A stretch of DNA of 64,000 nucleotides from Eubacteriales bacterium (GCA_045602025.1 JAZSAT010000015.1:109-64108), one strand, 5' to 3'. Counted from the stretch's first letter, positions 15,617 through 24,468 are shown. Made by a program: numbers and translations. The notes: generated by a model from the letters alone, not told the origin.

Positions 15617-17350
15617 ATGGTAGAACCTGATTTGAAAAAGCAAAAAAACGATATTGTTTATGATATACGCAGTATGATTGCAAATACTGCCTCCCGTTTG
15701 CCGGAAAAGGATTATCTGGTATATAAGCGCGGCGGAGGATTGGAATCTCTGACCTATGAAGGTCTGGAAGAGAGAGTGCGCGCTTTGAGCGAAGCTTTTC
15801 TTGAAATGGGCCTTGGCGGCGAGAGTGTTGCTGTGATTGGTGAGACCAGCCCCGAATGGATCATTACCTATCTTGCTACGATCATTGTCGGCGGTGTTGT
15901 GGTTCCTTTGGATAAGGAGCTTTCCTCCGAAGCGATCATCGGCTTTGCTAAAAAAGCAAAATGTAAAGCGGTTGTGTATTCCAAGAAATTTACCGCAATT
16001 TTTGAAGAAAATGCATCTGAGTTTTCCACGGTGGATTATCTGATCCGCTTTTCTCCAGATGAAGAGCCTTCTCTTGCTTTCGATGCTCCCGAAAAGGGAA
16101 TCGTATCCTTCCTTGATGTGCTCAATTTCGGCAGAAAGCTTGTAGAAGACGGCCTGGATCGTTACGACGGCCTTCCCGTAGACCTTGAAAAGGTCTGCGC
16201 GATCCTTTTTACTTCCGGTACCACAGGCACCTCAAAGGGTGTTATGCTTTGTCAGAAAAACATTGTGCACGCGATCAATGCTTCTTATCGTTGTACCGGC
16301 TTTGAAGAAGATGATACCATTGTATCTGTTCTTCCGATTCACCACACCTATGAAATGACCTGCGGTATTTTAACACCGCTTTCCATCGGTGCAACGGTAT
16401 GCATCAACGATTCTTTGAAGTATATCGTTCGCAACTTCCAGCTTTTCCGTCCCACGGGACTTGTTCTGGTACCTCTTTTTGTTACTACTGTTTATAAAAA
16501 GATCTGGGAAACCGCCAAAAAGAGCAAAAAGGATAAGCTTCTCCGCGGCAGTATTGCCGTTTCTGATGCACTGCGTAAGGTGAAGGTGGATCCTCGTAAG
16601 CTTCTTTTCAAGAGTGTTACGGATGTGTTCGGAGGCAGACTTAAGAGAATTATTTGCGGCGGTGCACCTATGTCTGCGGATCTTGTTGCAGAATTTGATG
16701 CCTTCGGTATCAAGCTTTGTCAGGGCTACGGCATTACGGAATGCGCGCCTCTCATCAGTGTTTGCCCTGAGGACGATAACCGCGCAGGCTCTGTAGGACC
16801 TCCCATCCCCGGTGTTCAGGTGAAGATTGATGCGGAGGAAGAGGAGGACGGCAAGCTGATCGGTGAGATCATGGTCAAAGGCCCCAACATTATGAAGGGG
16901 TATTTTGAAGATGAGGAAGCTACCGCTGAGGTGCTTTCCGGAGCTTGGTTCCGCACCGGTGACTACGGTTATCTTGATGATGACGGCTTTATTTTCATTA
17001 CCGGCAGAAAGAAGAATGTGATCGTTCTCAATAACGGTAAAAATGTTTTCCCCGAAGAGATCGAGGAATATCTGTATAAGCTTGATCTTGTTTCGGAGTG
17101 TGTTGTGATCGGCAGAAAGAACGAAGAGGACAATGTGGTAGTTACCGCGCTGATCTATCCCGATTTCGCCAAAGCGGAAGAGATGGGGCTCGGCAATGAT
17201 CTTGGTGAGATCAGCAGTGTCTTGAAGGATCAGATCGCAGCACTCAATCGCACACTTCCTTCCTTTAAGCAAATTCGCGGTGTTGAAATGCGTCGCACCG
17301 AATTTGAGAAAAACACTTCAAAAAAAATCATTCGATACAAAATTAAGTAG
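15617..17350 (+). CDS. AMP-dependent synthetase/ligase (long-chain fatty-acyl-CoA/ACP ligase-like)
   Basis: Adenylate-forming motifs LFTSGTTGTSKGVML, GYGITE, FRTGDYGYLDDDGFIFITGRKKN, NGKNVFPEEIE. Confidence 0.8.
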   Translation: MVEPDLKKQKNDIVYDIRSMIANTASRLPEKDYLVYKRGGGLESLTYEGLEERVRALSEAFLEMGLGGESVAVIGETSPEWIITYLATIIVGGVVVPLDKELSSEAIIGFAKKAKCKAVVYSKKFTAIFEENASEFSTVDYLIRFSPDEEPSLAFDAPEKGIVSFLDVLNFGRKLVEDGLDRYDGLPVDLEKVCAILFTSGTTGTSKGVMLCQKNIVHAINASYRCTGFEEDDTIVSVLPIHHTYEMTCGILTPLSIGATVCINDSLKYIVRNFQLFRPTGLVLVPLFVTTVYKKIWETAKKSKKDKLLRGSIAVSDALRKVKVDPRKLLFKSVTDVFGGRLKRIICGGAPMSADLVAEFDAFGIKLCQGYGITECAPLISVCPEDDNRAGSVGPPIPGVQVKIDAEEEEDGKLIGEIMVKGPNIMKGYFEDEEATAEVLSGAWFRTGDYGYLDDDGFIFITGRKKNVIVLNNGKNVFPEEIEEYLYKLDLVSECVVIGRKNEEDNVVVTALIYPDFAKAEEMGLGNDLGEISSVLKDQIAALNRTLPSFKQIRGVEMRRTEFEKNTSKKIIRYKIK

Positions 17351-17361
17351 GAGAAAAAATT

Positions 17362-17586
17362 ATGTTTGAAGAACTGAAGAAAATCCTGACAGACGAGCTT
17401 GAAGTAGATCCCGCACTGGTTGTACCCGAAGCAGAGTTTATCAACGATCTGAAGCTCAACTCTCTTGAAATTGCCGATTTTGTTGTTCTTTGTGAAGAAA
17501 AATTCGGTGCAGAAATCCAGGAAGAAGATATTCATACCATCCTGACTGTCCAGGATCTTTGTGACTACATCGCAAAAAATGCCTGA
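17362..17586 (+). CDS. Stand-alone acyl carrier protein
   Basis: 74 aa, acidic, with DLKLNSLEIADFV in the position of the DSL phosphopantetheine-Ser motif. It lies 11 nt downstream of the ligase gene. Confidence 0.7.
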   Translation: MFEELKKILTDELEVDPALVVPEAEFINDLKLNSLEIADFVVLCEEKFGAEIQEEDIHTILTVQDLCDYIAKNA

Positions 17587-18079
17587 AAATAACAGACGGT
17601 TGCACATTGTTTTGGTGGAACCGGAAATTCCGCAAAATACGGGAAATATTGCAAGAACCTGCGCCGCTACCGGCGCAGTTTTGCACCTTATTGAGCCTTT
17701 GGGTTTTGAGATCAGCGACCGCTATTTAAAGCGTGCGGGTCTTGATTATTGGCAGTACTTGGAGCTTTATACTTACCCGAATCTGGCTGCTTTTTTTGAA
17801 AAAAATAAGGGTAATTTTTACTTTTTTACAACCAAAGGAAAGAAGAATTACAGTCAGGTTTCCTATGAGGGAGAGGTCTATCTTTTCTTCGGAAAAGAAA
17901 CGAAAGGTCTTCCCGAGAGTCTTTTGCGAGAGCATTTACCCCGAGCGGTGCGTCTTCCCATGAAAGAAAAAATTCGCAGTCTGAATCTGTCCAATTCCGT
18001 TGCCATTGCAGTCTATGAAGTGCTTCGTCAGTGGGAGTTTGAGGGGTTCCAGACAGAAGGATTTTTACCGGAGGTGTAG
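17579..18079 (+). CDS. trmL: tRNA (cytidine/uridine-34 2'-O)-methyltransferase TrmL (SpoU family)
   Basis: LHIVLVEPEIPQNTGNIARTCAATG...LHLIEPLGF and the C-terminal SLNLSNSVAIAVYE knot motif. The ATG overlaps the ACP stop (ATGCCTGA). Confidence 0.85.
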   Translation: MPENNRRLHIVLVEPEIPQNTGNIARTCAATGAVLHLIEPLGFEISDRYLKRAGLDYWQYLELYTYPNLAAFFEKNKGNFYFFTTKGKKNYSQVSYEGEVYLFFGKETKGLPESLLREHLPRAVRLPMKEKIRSLNLSNSVAIAVYEVLRQWEFEGFQTEGFLPEV

Positions 18080-18080
18080 C

Positions 18081-18560
18081 ATGAACAAAATTTTAAAAAT
18101 TTTGTTTCCTGTTTTGACCGTTCTGTGTATGGCGTTTATTTTGACAAATTCCATGCAGACTGCCGTGAAAGCAGAAAAAAAGCAGGGAATTGTTGTGGAG
18201 GTCGTGGAAAAGGTAGCCACAAAGGTTGCGAAAAAAGAGGTCCGTCTGTCGAAGGAGAATACGGACAGCATTTCCAAAACTGCCCATGTTTTTGAATTTG
18301 CCCTCTTTTCCGCATTTCTTACCGTATCCCTTTTTCTTTTTGGCAAACAGCTTAAGGGTGTGTATGAGAAGGTGCTTCTTTGCGGAATGTTTCTTGCGAT
18401 TACAGATGAGCATCTTCAGCTTTTGGCAAAAGGACGCGGTTCTAAATTGACGGATGTTCTTGTGGATCTTGCCGGTATTATGATCGGCTATGTGATTGCA
18501 AGGCTCATCGTAAAATTTACAAGGAGAAAAAAGAATGCAAGAGATGGTTCTGTTCTTTAA
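18081..18560 (+). CDS. VanZ family membrane protein
   Basis: HVFEFALFSAFL...ITDEHLQLLAKGRGSKLTDVLVDLAGIMIGY matches the VanZ-like pattern. The start at 18081 lies 1 nt after the trmL stop. Confidence 0.7.
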   Translation: MNKILKILFPVLTVLCMAFILTNSMQTAVKAEKKQGIVVEVVEKVATKVAKKEVRLSKENTDSISKTAHVFEFALFSAFLTVSLFLFGKQLKGVYEKVLLCGMFLAITDEHLQLLAKGRGSKLTDVLVDLAGIMIGYVIARLIVKFTRRKKNARDGSVL

Positions 18561-18777
18561 TTTTTTCATTCCTGTCTTTTTCTTCTTTTTAGGGAGAAGC
18601 ATGAAAGGGAAAAAGAAAAAGGCGATCATAGCAGAAAGCATCTTTGTTTTTCTTGTGGCTTTGATCTTTACACCCATCGTACATATTTTCTCATCTTTAT
18701 CTACGCAGATGGTTTTTAGTGCTTTTTTGATGCTGTTGCAAGGCATCGGCATTTGTCGGATCTGTTATCAAAAATAA
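18535..18777 (+). CDS. Small hydrophobic protein (80 aa, 3 predicted TM)
   Basis: The ATG is preceded by AAGGAGA. It overlaps the vanZ 3' end by 26 nt and is followed directly by a terminator. No recognisable family. Confidence 0.45.
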   Translation: MQEMVLFFNFFIPVFFFFLGRSMKGKKKKAIIAESIFVFLVALIFTPIVHIFSSLSTQMVFSAFLMLLQGIGICRICYQK

Positions 18778-18804
18778 ATCCTTCCGTTTTCGGAAGGATT
18801 TTTT
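18777..18804 (+). terminator. Rho-independent terminator
   Basis: AATCCTTCCG-tttt-CGGAAGGATT followed by TTTT. Confidence 0.8.
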
Positions 18805-18816
18805 AGAAGGTGAAGT

Positions 18817-19356
18817 ATGCGATGTGAATGGTGTAATGAAAAGAATAATTTGTATGTCAAGTACCATGACGAGGAGTGGGGAAGACTTTGTCTGGAAGAA
18901 GAGCATCTTTTTGAGATGCTTCTTTTAGAGTGCTTTCAAGCGGGGCTTTCCTGGGAATGCGTTTTAAATAAAAGAGAGAATTTCAAAAAAGCCTTTGACG
19001 GCTTTGATGCAAAGAAAATTGCAAGCTATGATTCGAAAAAAGTTAAGGAGCTTTCCGAAAACAAAGGGATCATACGAAATAAAAGAAAGATCCTTGCTGC
19101 CATAAACAATGCTGCGGTGTTTTTAAAGATCCAAGAAGAATTCGGATCTTTTCGAGCCTATCTAAAAAACTTTACGGATGAAACGGTTCGTGTTGAAGTC
19201 GGTTTTACAACCTCAGCTCTGTCTGATGCTTTATCAAAAGATTTAAAAAAGAGAGGAATGAATTTTGTCGGCAGTACGATCATTTATTCCTATTTGCAGG
19301 CAATCGGTATCGTTGTTTCTCACGAACCGGGATGCTTTCTTTACAGAGAAAAATGA
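18817..19356 (+). CDS. tag: DNA-3-methyladenine glycosylase I
   Basis: CEWC...YHDEEWG...LFEMLLLECFQAGLSWECVLNKRENFKKAF is the diagnostic Tag N-terminus, including the Zn-snap Cys/His residues. Confidence 0.9.
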   Translation: MRCEWCNEKNNLYVKYHDEEWGRLCLEEEHLFEMLLLECFQAGLSWECVLNKRENFKKAFDGFDAKKIASYDSKKVKELSENKGIIRNKRKILAAINNAAVFLKIQEEFGSFRAYLKNFTDETVRVEVGFTTSALSDALSKDLKKRGMNFVGSTIIYSYLQAIGIVVSHEPGCFLYREK

Positions 19357-19388
19357 AAAAAGTGTTCCGCATTTGCGGAACACTTTTT
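19356..19388. terminator. Bidirectional terminator between tag and mntP
   Basis: AAAAAGTGTTCCGC-attt-GCGGAACACTTTTT lies between two convergent genes. Confidence 0.8.
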
Positions 19389-19391
19389 ATT

Positions 19392-19982
19392 TTAAATGAA
19401 AGAAGAAATGAAAATTTCAAGTCCGATAAAGATCAGTACAACACCGCCGAGCACAGAAGCTTTATTAGAAAGCTTTGTTCCGAATCTTTTGCCGATCTCT
19501 ACACCGCCAAAGCAAATCACAAGGGTAACAACAGCAATGATAAGTGCAGAGAGAAGTGCGCGGGCAAAATTATAATCTGCAATGGTAAATCCAACGGAAA
19601 GGGCATCAATGGAGGTGGCAATGCCTTGAACCAAAAGGGTTCCGAAGCCAAGCTTCTTTTTGAAGACACAAACATCGTCTCCATCCTTGCAGGGGTGAAG
19701 TCCGTCATAAAGCATCTTACCGCCGATGAAAAGAAGAAGAGCCAGAGCGATCCAAGGAATGAAAGGGCGAAACATAATAAAATGCTCTACAAAGCTATGA
19801 ACCAAAAACCATCCGATCAGTGGCATTGCCCCTTGAAAGGTAGCGAAGATCAGTGCGATCAGAAGGGCTTTTTTCTTGTGCATTTTCGCTTCGCTCAAAC
19901 CATCGGCCAGGGATACGGAAAAAGCGTCCATCGCAAGTCCGACGCCAAGGCAAAAATTTTCAATCAAAAAAGATATTTTCAT
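19392..19982 (-). CDS. mntP: Manganese efflux pump MntP
   Basis: GLAMDAFSVSLADG plus a second ATSIDALSVGF repeat, six TM spans, and a yybP-ykoY element upstream. Confidence 0.85.
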   Translation of the reverse strand: MKISFLIENFCLGVGLAMDAFSVSLADGLSEAKMHKKKALLIALIFATFQGAMPLIGWFLVHSFVEHFIMFRPFIPWIALALLLFIGGKMLYDGLHPCKDGDDVCVFKKKLGFGTLLVQGIATSIDALSVGFTIADYNFARALLSALIIAVVTLVICFGGVEIGKRFGTKLSNKASVLGGVVLIFIGLEIFISSFI

Positions 19983-20029
19983 TTTTTCTCCTGTTAATTG
20001 ATACTAATATTATATTTTTGAGCAATAAA

Positions 20030-20145
20030 AAAAGACTGCATGCATAGGAAAATCTATACATGAGTCTCGCAATTCAAAACAAGCCAGGCAAAAAGCCAAT
20101 ATGTTGACTTGCTACGCTAAGCGTCTGCTACTCCCTCAAGCAAGG
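20030..20145 (-). promoter_or_regulatory. yybP-ykoY (manganese) riboswitch in the mntP leader
   Basis: The minus-strand RNA reads CCUUGCUUGAGGGAGUAGC...AGCAAGUCAACAUA...GCGAGACUCAUG. It contains the conserved GGGAGUAG, CAACAUA and GAGAC elements. A stem (AUGUAUAG/CUAUGCAU) and a U-run follow, before the mntP RBS. Confidence 0.8.
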
Positions 20146-20148
20146 AGA

Positions 20149-20177
20149 AGTTTAGCACAAGGCTGATAGTTTGTCAA
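20149..20177 (-). promoter_or_regulatory. Promoter of the riboswitch-mntP transcript
   Basis: On the minus strand: TTGACA (20172-20177), 17-nt spacer, TAAACT (20149-20154). Confidence 0.6.
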
Positions 20178-20218
20178 GTTTTCAGGGAATAATCTTCATT
20201 GAATTTTCATCCAATTGG

Positions 20219-20247
20219 TTGACAAAAATAAGTTCATCCTGTATAAT
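20219..20247 (+). promoter_or_regulatory. Consensus promoter of tRNA-Gln
   Basis: TTGACA (20219-20224), 17-nt spacer, TATAAT (20242-20247), 12 nt before the tRNA 5' end. Confidence 0.7.
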
Positions 20248-20259
20248 AGTGAGGTTCAT

Positions 20260-20336
20260 AGGGATGTCGCCAAGCTGGTTAAGGCACAGGACTTTGACTC
20301 CTGCATACGTGAGTTCGAATCTCGCCATCCCTGCCA
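20260..20336 (+). tRNA. tRNA-Gln (anticodon UUG), CCA encoded
   Basis: The cloverleaf was folded by hand. Acceptor AGGGATG/CATCCCT, D-arm GCCAAGCTGGTTAAGGC as in other bacterial tRNA-Gln, anticodon stem CAGGA/TCCTG with loop CTTTGAC, T-arm GTGAG-TTCGAAT-CTCGC, then G73 and CCA. Confidence 0.85.
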
Positions 20337-20338
20337 AA

Positions 20339-20374
20339 AATCGACAAGTTTCGAAAGAGACTTGTCGATTTTAC
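20339..20374 (+). terminator. tRNA-Gln terminator
   Basis: AATCGACAAGT-ttcgaaagag-ACTTGTCGATT followed by TT. Confidence 0.65.
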
Positions 20375-20421
20375 TTTTTCACTATTAACTCTTCACTTTT
20401 CTCTTTCGAAACTTGTCGATT
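20339..20421. repeat. 21-nt perfect inverted repeat that shares its left arm with the tRNA terminator
   Basis: AATCGACAAGTTTCGAAAGAG (20339-20359) has its exact reverse complement at 20401-20421. The inner 11-nt arm (20360-20370) is a second, partial copy. Confidence 0.8.
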
Positions 20422-20543
20422 AGGTAATAAGTAATAGTGAATAGTGAATAGGTGCCGAAGGTATCCGCTGCACGGAGGATTTAGATTTATATGTAAGAGT
20501 TCAAATCTACACGCAAACACAAAAATATTTTTTATATTCAAAA

Positions 20544-20570
20544 AAGACCAAGTAAAAAGGCTTGGTCTTT
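20544..20570. terminator. Terminator 3' of the AraC-family gene
   Basis: AAGACCAAG-taaaaagg-CTTGGTCTT with flanking A and T runs, abutting the stop at 20571. Confidence 0.65.
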
Positions 20571-21428
20571 TTAGTTTCCCGAAAAATTTCTTTTATATTC
20601 CTTCGGTGACATTTTTTTATACAGACGAAAGGTTTTGGAAAAATAACTGGAATCATTGAAGCCGCTGTCAAAAGCGGCTCTTGTTATGCTTTTTTTGTTT
20701 ACCGTCATTTCGTTGCAAGCGTTTTCTATACGAAGCTCATTTACATAGGTAATGGGTGTTTTTGAGGTGTATTCCTTAAAGATCCGGCAAAGGTATTTTT
20801 CATCCACCCCCGACACCTCCGAAAGCTTTTCAAGGGTAATGGGAGTGTGAAAATTTTCCTGAATGTAGCGAATGGCTTTTGTAACTGCCCGTTCACTTCT
20901 GCTGTGAAAAACCTCTTCTTTCGGTAAAATGTATTTTTCGCGGTACAAAAGGGAAAAGATCTGAAATAAAATGCTGAAGATCTCAAGTTCTTTTGCATCT
21001 TTTTTTTCATTGATTGATTGGAAGAGGGAAACGGCAATGGAATAAAGGGGATCACTCATATCCGTAAGCATACAGTCGATCTCAACCTCCGATCCTGAGA
21101 TGGGAAGGAGATATTTTTCTGTAAGGTCACCGCTTTGCCTTGTCAGCATATTCAGATCAAAAACAACACACTCGTAAACGCATCTTTTTGGGGTAGCACG
21201 GTGCAGGGTTCTGCAACCAACAAATAAAATGTCATCTTTTTTCAGCTTTTTGGGAGTATTGTTCAGGTACAGTATAAGCTCTCCCTCCAGAACTCGAATG
21301 ATCTCAAACTCCTTGTGCCAATGGGCCTGCATCACATATTGCGGATGAGATTTGTCTACAAAATAATATTGAAGAGGGAATTTTGGAGAGCCGTGTCTCT
21401 TTTTTTCAGCATATTCTGCGTATCGCAT
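20571..21428 (-). CDS. AraC family transcriptional regulator (N-terminal cupin sensor, C-terminal HTH)
   Basis: HWHKEFEIIRVLEG is a cupin motif. The C-terminal half has a double HTH (ITLEKLSEVSGVDEKYLCRIFKEYT...AAFDSGFNDSSYFSKTFR). It is divergent from fucI. Confidence 0.85.
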   Translation of the reverse strand: MRYAEYAEKKRHGSPKFPLQYYFVDKSHPQYVMQAHWHKEFEIIRVLEGELILYLNNTPKKLKKDDILFVGCRTLHRATPKRCVYECVVFDLNMLTRQSGDLTEKYLLPISGSEVEIDCMLTDMSDPLYSIAVSLFQSINEKKDAKELEIFSILFQIFSLLYREKYILPKEEVFHSRSERAVTKAIRYIQENFHTPITLEKLSEVSGVDEKYLCRIFKEYTSKTPITYVNELRIENACNEMTVNKKSITRAAFDSGFNDSSYFSKTFRLYKKMSPKEYKRNFSGN

Positions 21429-21536
21429 AAATACCTCTTAGGTGAATATTATTATAGTTTTGACGAAAATACAACAAGTATTATATCAAAAAGTATACTA
21501 TAATGCAATATAGAAATTTATTTTGGAGGTAGAAAT

Positions 21537-23333
21537 ATGGCAAAATCAAGACTTGTAGGCTCATATCCTGTAATCGGCATCCGTCCTACCATCGACGGTA
21601 GAAGAGGTGTACTCGGTGTTCGTGAGTCCTTGGAAGAACAGACCATGAATATGGCAAAAAGCGCAGCGAAGCTTTTTGAGGAAAATCTCCGCTATTCTAA
21701 CGGCGAACCGGTAAAGGTTGTCATTGCCGATACCACCATCGGCCGCGTTGGTGAAGCTGCTGCCTGTGCAGATAAATTCCGCAAGGAAGGTGTTGATATC
21801 ACCCTGACCGTTACGCCTTGCTGGTGCTACGGTGCAGAAACCATGGATATGGATAAGGATACCATCAAGGCTGTTTGGGGCTTCAACGGTACAGAGCGTC
21901 CCGGTGCCGTATATCTTGCTTCCGTTTTGGCAACTCACGCGCAGAAGGGTCTGCCCGCATTCGGTATCTACGGACATGAGGTGCAGGATGCAAACGACAC
22001 CTCTATCCCCGCTGATGTTAAGGAAAAGCTTCTCCGCTTCGGCAGAGCCGCAGTAGCGGTTGCGACCATGCGCGGAAAATCCTATTTGCAGATCGGTTCT
22101 ATCTGTATGGGTATCGGCGGCTCTATCATCGATCCCAACTTTATTGAAGATTATCTCGGCATGCGTGTAGAGTCTGTTGACGAGGTTGAGATCATCCGTC
22201 GAATGACCGAAGGCGTTTACGAGGAAGAGGAATTTCAGAAAGCTCTGAAATGGACCAAGGAAAACTGTATTGAGGGCTTTGATAAGAACCCTGAGAATCT
22301 GCAGAAGGACAGAGCCCGCAAGGACGCTGATTGGGAATTTGTTGTAAAGATGATGATCATCATCAAGGATCTGATGAACGGAAACCCCAATCTTCCCAAG
22401 GGCTGTGAGGAAGAAATGGTTGGCCACAACGCCATTGCAGCAGGCTTCCAGGGACAGAGACAGTGGACTGACTTTTATCCCAACTGTGACTTCCCCGAAG
22501 CAATGCTTAACACCTCCTTTGACTGGAACGGTGCCCGTGAGCCTTATATCCTTGCTACCGAAAACGATGTACTCAACGGTCTCGGTATGCTGTTCGGTAA
22601 GCTCCTTACCAACCGTGCGCAGATGTTTGCCGATGTCCGCACCTATTGGAGCGGTGATGCCATCCGCCGTGCGACCGGTTACGAGATCGAAGGCAAAGCC
22701 AAAGAATCTGACGGTGTGATCCATCTGATCAACTCCGGTGCTTGCTGTATCGATGCAAACGGTGCCGCAAAGGACGAAAACGGCAACGCTGCAATCAAGG
22801 CTTGGTACGATGTTACCGAAGCAGATCAAAAAGCAATTTTGGAAAATACCACCTGGAACTATGCCGATCTTGGCTATTTCCGCGGCGGCGGTTATTCCTC
22901 CCGTTTTGAAACAAAGGCTGAAATGCCTGCTACTATGATCCGTCTGAACCTTGTAAAGGGTCTCGGTCCTGTTCTCCAGATCGTGGAGGGCTGGACGGTA
23001 GAGCTTCCCGAAAAGGTTTCCGATACCCTCTGGAAGAGAACCGACTATACCTGGCCTTGCACTTGGTTTGCTCCTCGCTGCACCGGCAAAGCTCCTTTTA
23101 ACACCGCTTATGAGGTGATGAATAACTGGGGTGCTAACCATGGTGCGATCTCCTACGGTCATATCGGCGCAGACCTTATTACTATGTGCTCTATGCTCCG
23201 CATTCCCGTTTGTATGCATAATGTTCCGGAGGATAAGATCTTTCGTCCTGCAGCTTGGAATGCATTTGGTATGGATAAAGAGGCTGCCGATTACAGAGCT
23301 TGCGCAAACTTCGGACCCCTCTTTAAAAAATAA
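21537..23333 (+). CDS. fucI: L-fucose isomerase
   Basis: 598 aa. The N-terminus [31 protein letters not shown]...VVIADTTIG and the remainder are characteristic of FucI. Confidence 0.9.
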   Translation: MAKSRLVGSYPVIGIRPTIDGRRGVLGVRESLEEQTMNMAKSAAKLFEENLRYSNGEPVKVVIADTTIGRVGEAAACADKFRKEGVDITLTVTPCWCYGAETMDMDKDTIKAVWGFNGTERPGAVYLASVLATHAQKGLPAFGIYGHEVQDANDTSIPADVKEKLLRFGRAAVAVATMRGKSYLQIGSICMGIGGSIIDPNFIEDYLGMRVESVDEVEIIRRMTEGVYEEEEFQKALKWTKENCIEGFDKNPENLQKDRARKDADWEFVVKMMIIIKDLMNGNPNLPKGCEEEMVGHNAIAAGFQGQRQWTDFYPNCDFPEAMLNTSFDWNGAREPYILATENDVLNGLGMLFGKLLTNRAQMFADVRTYWSGDAIRRATGYEIEGKAKESDGVIHLINSGACCIDANGAAKDENGNAAIKAWYDVTEADQKAILENTTWNYADLGYFRGGGYSSRFETKAEMPATMIRLNLVKGLGPVLQIVEGWTVELPEKVSDTLWKRTDYTWPCTWFAPRCTGKAPFNTAYEVMNNWGANHGAISYGHIGADLITMCSMLRIPVCMHNVPEDKIFRPAAWNAFGMDKEAADYRACANFGPLFKK

Positions 23334-23340
23334 AAGCAAA

Positions 23341-23366
23341 AAAAAGCACCTTCGGGTGCTTTTTTC
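23341..23366 (+). terminator. fucI terminator
   Basis: AGCACC-ttcg-GGTGCT followed by TTTTT. Confidence 0.75.
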
Positions 23367-23455
23367 TTTTGAAAACAATTGACCTTGAGAAAAAAATGAG
23401 ATATATTTATTATTGTTAAATTGTAGGGAGGGAGGAGAAAAGAATCGAATCGTTT

Positions 23456-24427
23456 TTGTTTTCCGTAAATGCCGTTCTGCCGATCGTTTTGATGGTAGTA
23501 TGCGGATTTTTTATAAAGAAGATCGGTATTTTAAGTATTGAAACATCTAAGATCATCAATAAGATCGTTTTCAGACTTCTGCTTCCTTGCTCACTTTTTT
23601 TAAATGTTTACAGCATCGAGGATCTGGGATCGATTGATTTTGGATATATTCTTTTTGCAATGATCGCCACGGTTTTGATCTTTTTTATCTTCATTCCGCT
23701 GTCAAAAATTGTGTCAAAGGAAAATCCCTTGCGCGGCTCACTCATTCAGGCATCCTTCCGATCCAATTATGCCCTGATTGGAATTCCTCTTGCAACCTCC
23801 CTCTATGGGGACGAGGGGGCAATGATTGCCACCGTTCTTTCTGCCTTTGCGATTCCTCTATTTAATGTTTTGGCGGTTATTTGTCTGACTGCCTTTGGTG
23901 AAAAAGGGGAGAAACTGAGCGCGAAAAAAATGCTTTTGAGCATTGCAAAAAATCCTCTTATTTTGAGTATTCTGCTTGGCTTTGTTTGCCTGTTCTTAAG
24001 AAAAGTATTTTCCTCTTTTGACATTCACCTCCGTCTTTCCGATATTACCCCTGTATATTCTGTCATGAATCAGTTTGCAAAAACGGCAACACCTCTTGCC
24101 CTTCTTGCTTTGGGTGCGCAGTTTGAATTTTCCGCAGTACCCGCCTTGAAAAAAGAGATCATTTTCGGTACTGTTTTCAGAACAGTACTGATTCCCGCAG
24201 TGGCCCTTTCCATAGCTTTTCTTTCGAACTCTTTTCAGGGTGCTCACTTTGCTGCTTTTGTCGCACTTTTTGCAACGCCCGTTGCCATTTCTACCGTGCC
24301 TATGGCGCAGGAGCTTGGGGCAGATACCACCCTTGCCGGTCAGCTTGTGGTCTGGACCACATTGCTTTCTGCATTTACCATATTTTTCTTTTCTTTTATT
24401 CTAAAATCCATTGGCGTATTTAATTAA
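23456..24427 (+). CDS. AEC (auxin efflux carrier) family transporter
   Basis: About 10 TM spans with the typical AEC N- and C-terminal halves. The TTG start lies 19 nt from the GGGAGGGAGGAG RBS, so the true start codon is uncertain; an in-frame ATC at 23444 is possible. Confidence 0.75.
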   Translation: MFSVNAVLPIVLMVVCGFFIKKIGILSIETSKIINKIVFRLLLPCSLFLNVYSIEDLGSIDFGYILFAMIATVLIFFIFIPLSKIVSKENPLRGSLIQASFRSNYALIGIPLATSLYGDEGAMIATVLSAFAIPLFNVLAVICLTAFGEKGEKLSAKKMLLSIAKNPLILSILLGFVCLFLRKVFSSFDIHLRLSDITPVYSVMNQFAKTATPLALLALGAQFEFSAVPALKKEIIFGTVFRTVLIPAVALSIAFLSNSFQGAHFAAFVALFATPVAISTVPMAQELGADTTLAGQLVVWTTLLSAFTIFFFSFILKSIGVFN

Positions 24428-24444
24428 AATATAGAAGTATTGAA

Positions 24445-24468
24445 AAAAGCACCGAGAGGTGCTTTTTT
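24445..24468 (+). terminator. AEC transporter terminator
   Basis: AAAAGCACC-gaga-GGTGCTTTTTT. Confidence 0.75.

Noticed and set aside
20171-20434. 87-aa ORF spanning the tRNA-Gln gene.
   Set aside because: It overlaps a well-folding tRNA together with its promoter and terminator, so it is an artefact.
20452-20520. A second tRNA or tRNA pseudogene (GGTGCCGAAGG...GAGTTCAAATCT).
   Set aside because: No acceptor stem can be formed; the 3' side lacks a complement to GGTGCCG. No anticodon arm folds either. Only a T-loop-like 12-mer is present. It is kept as a possible att-like scar in the findings, not as a gene.
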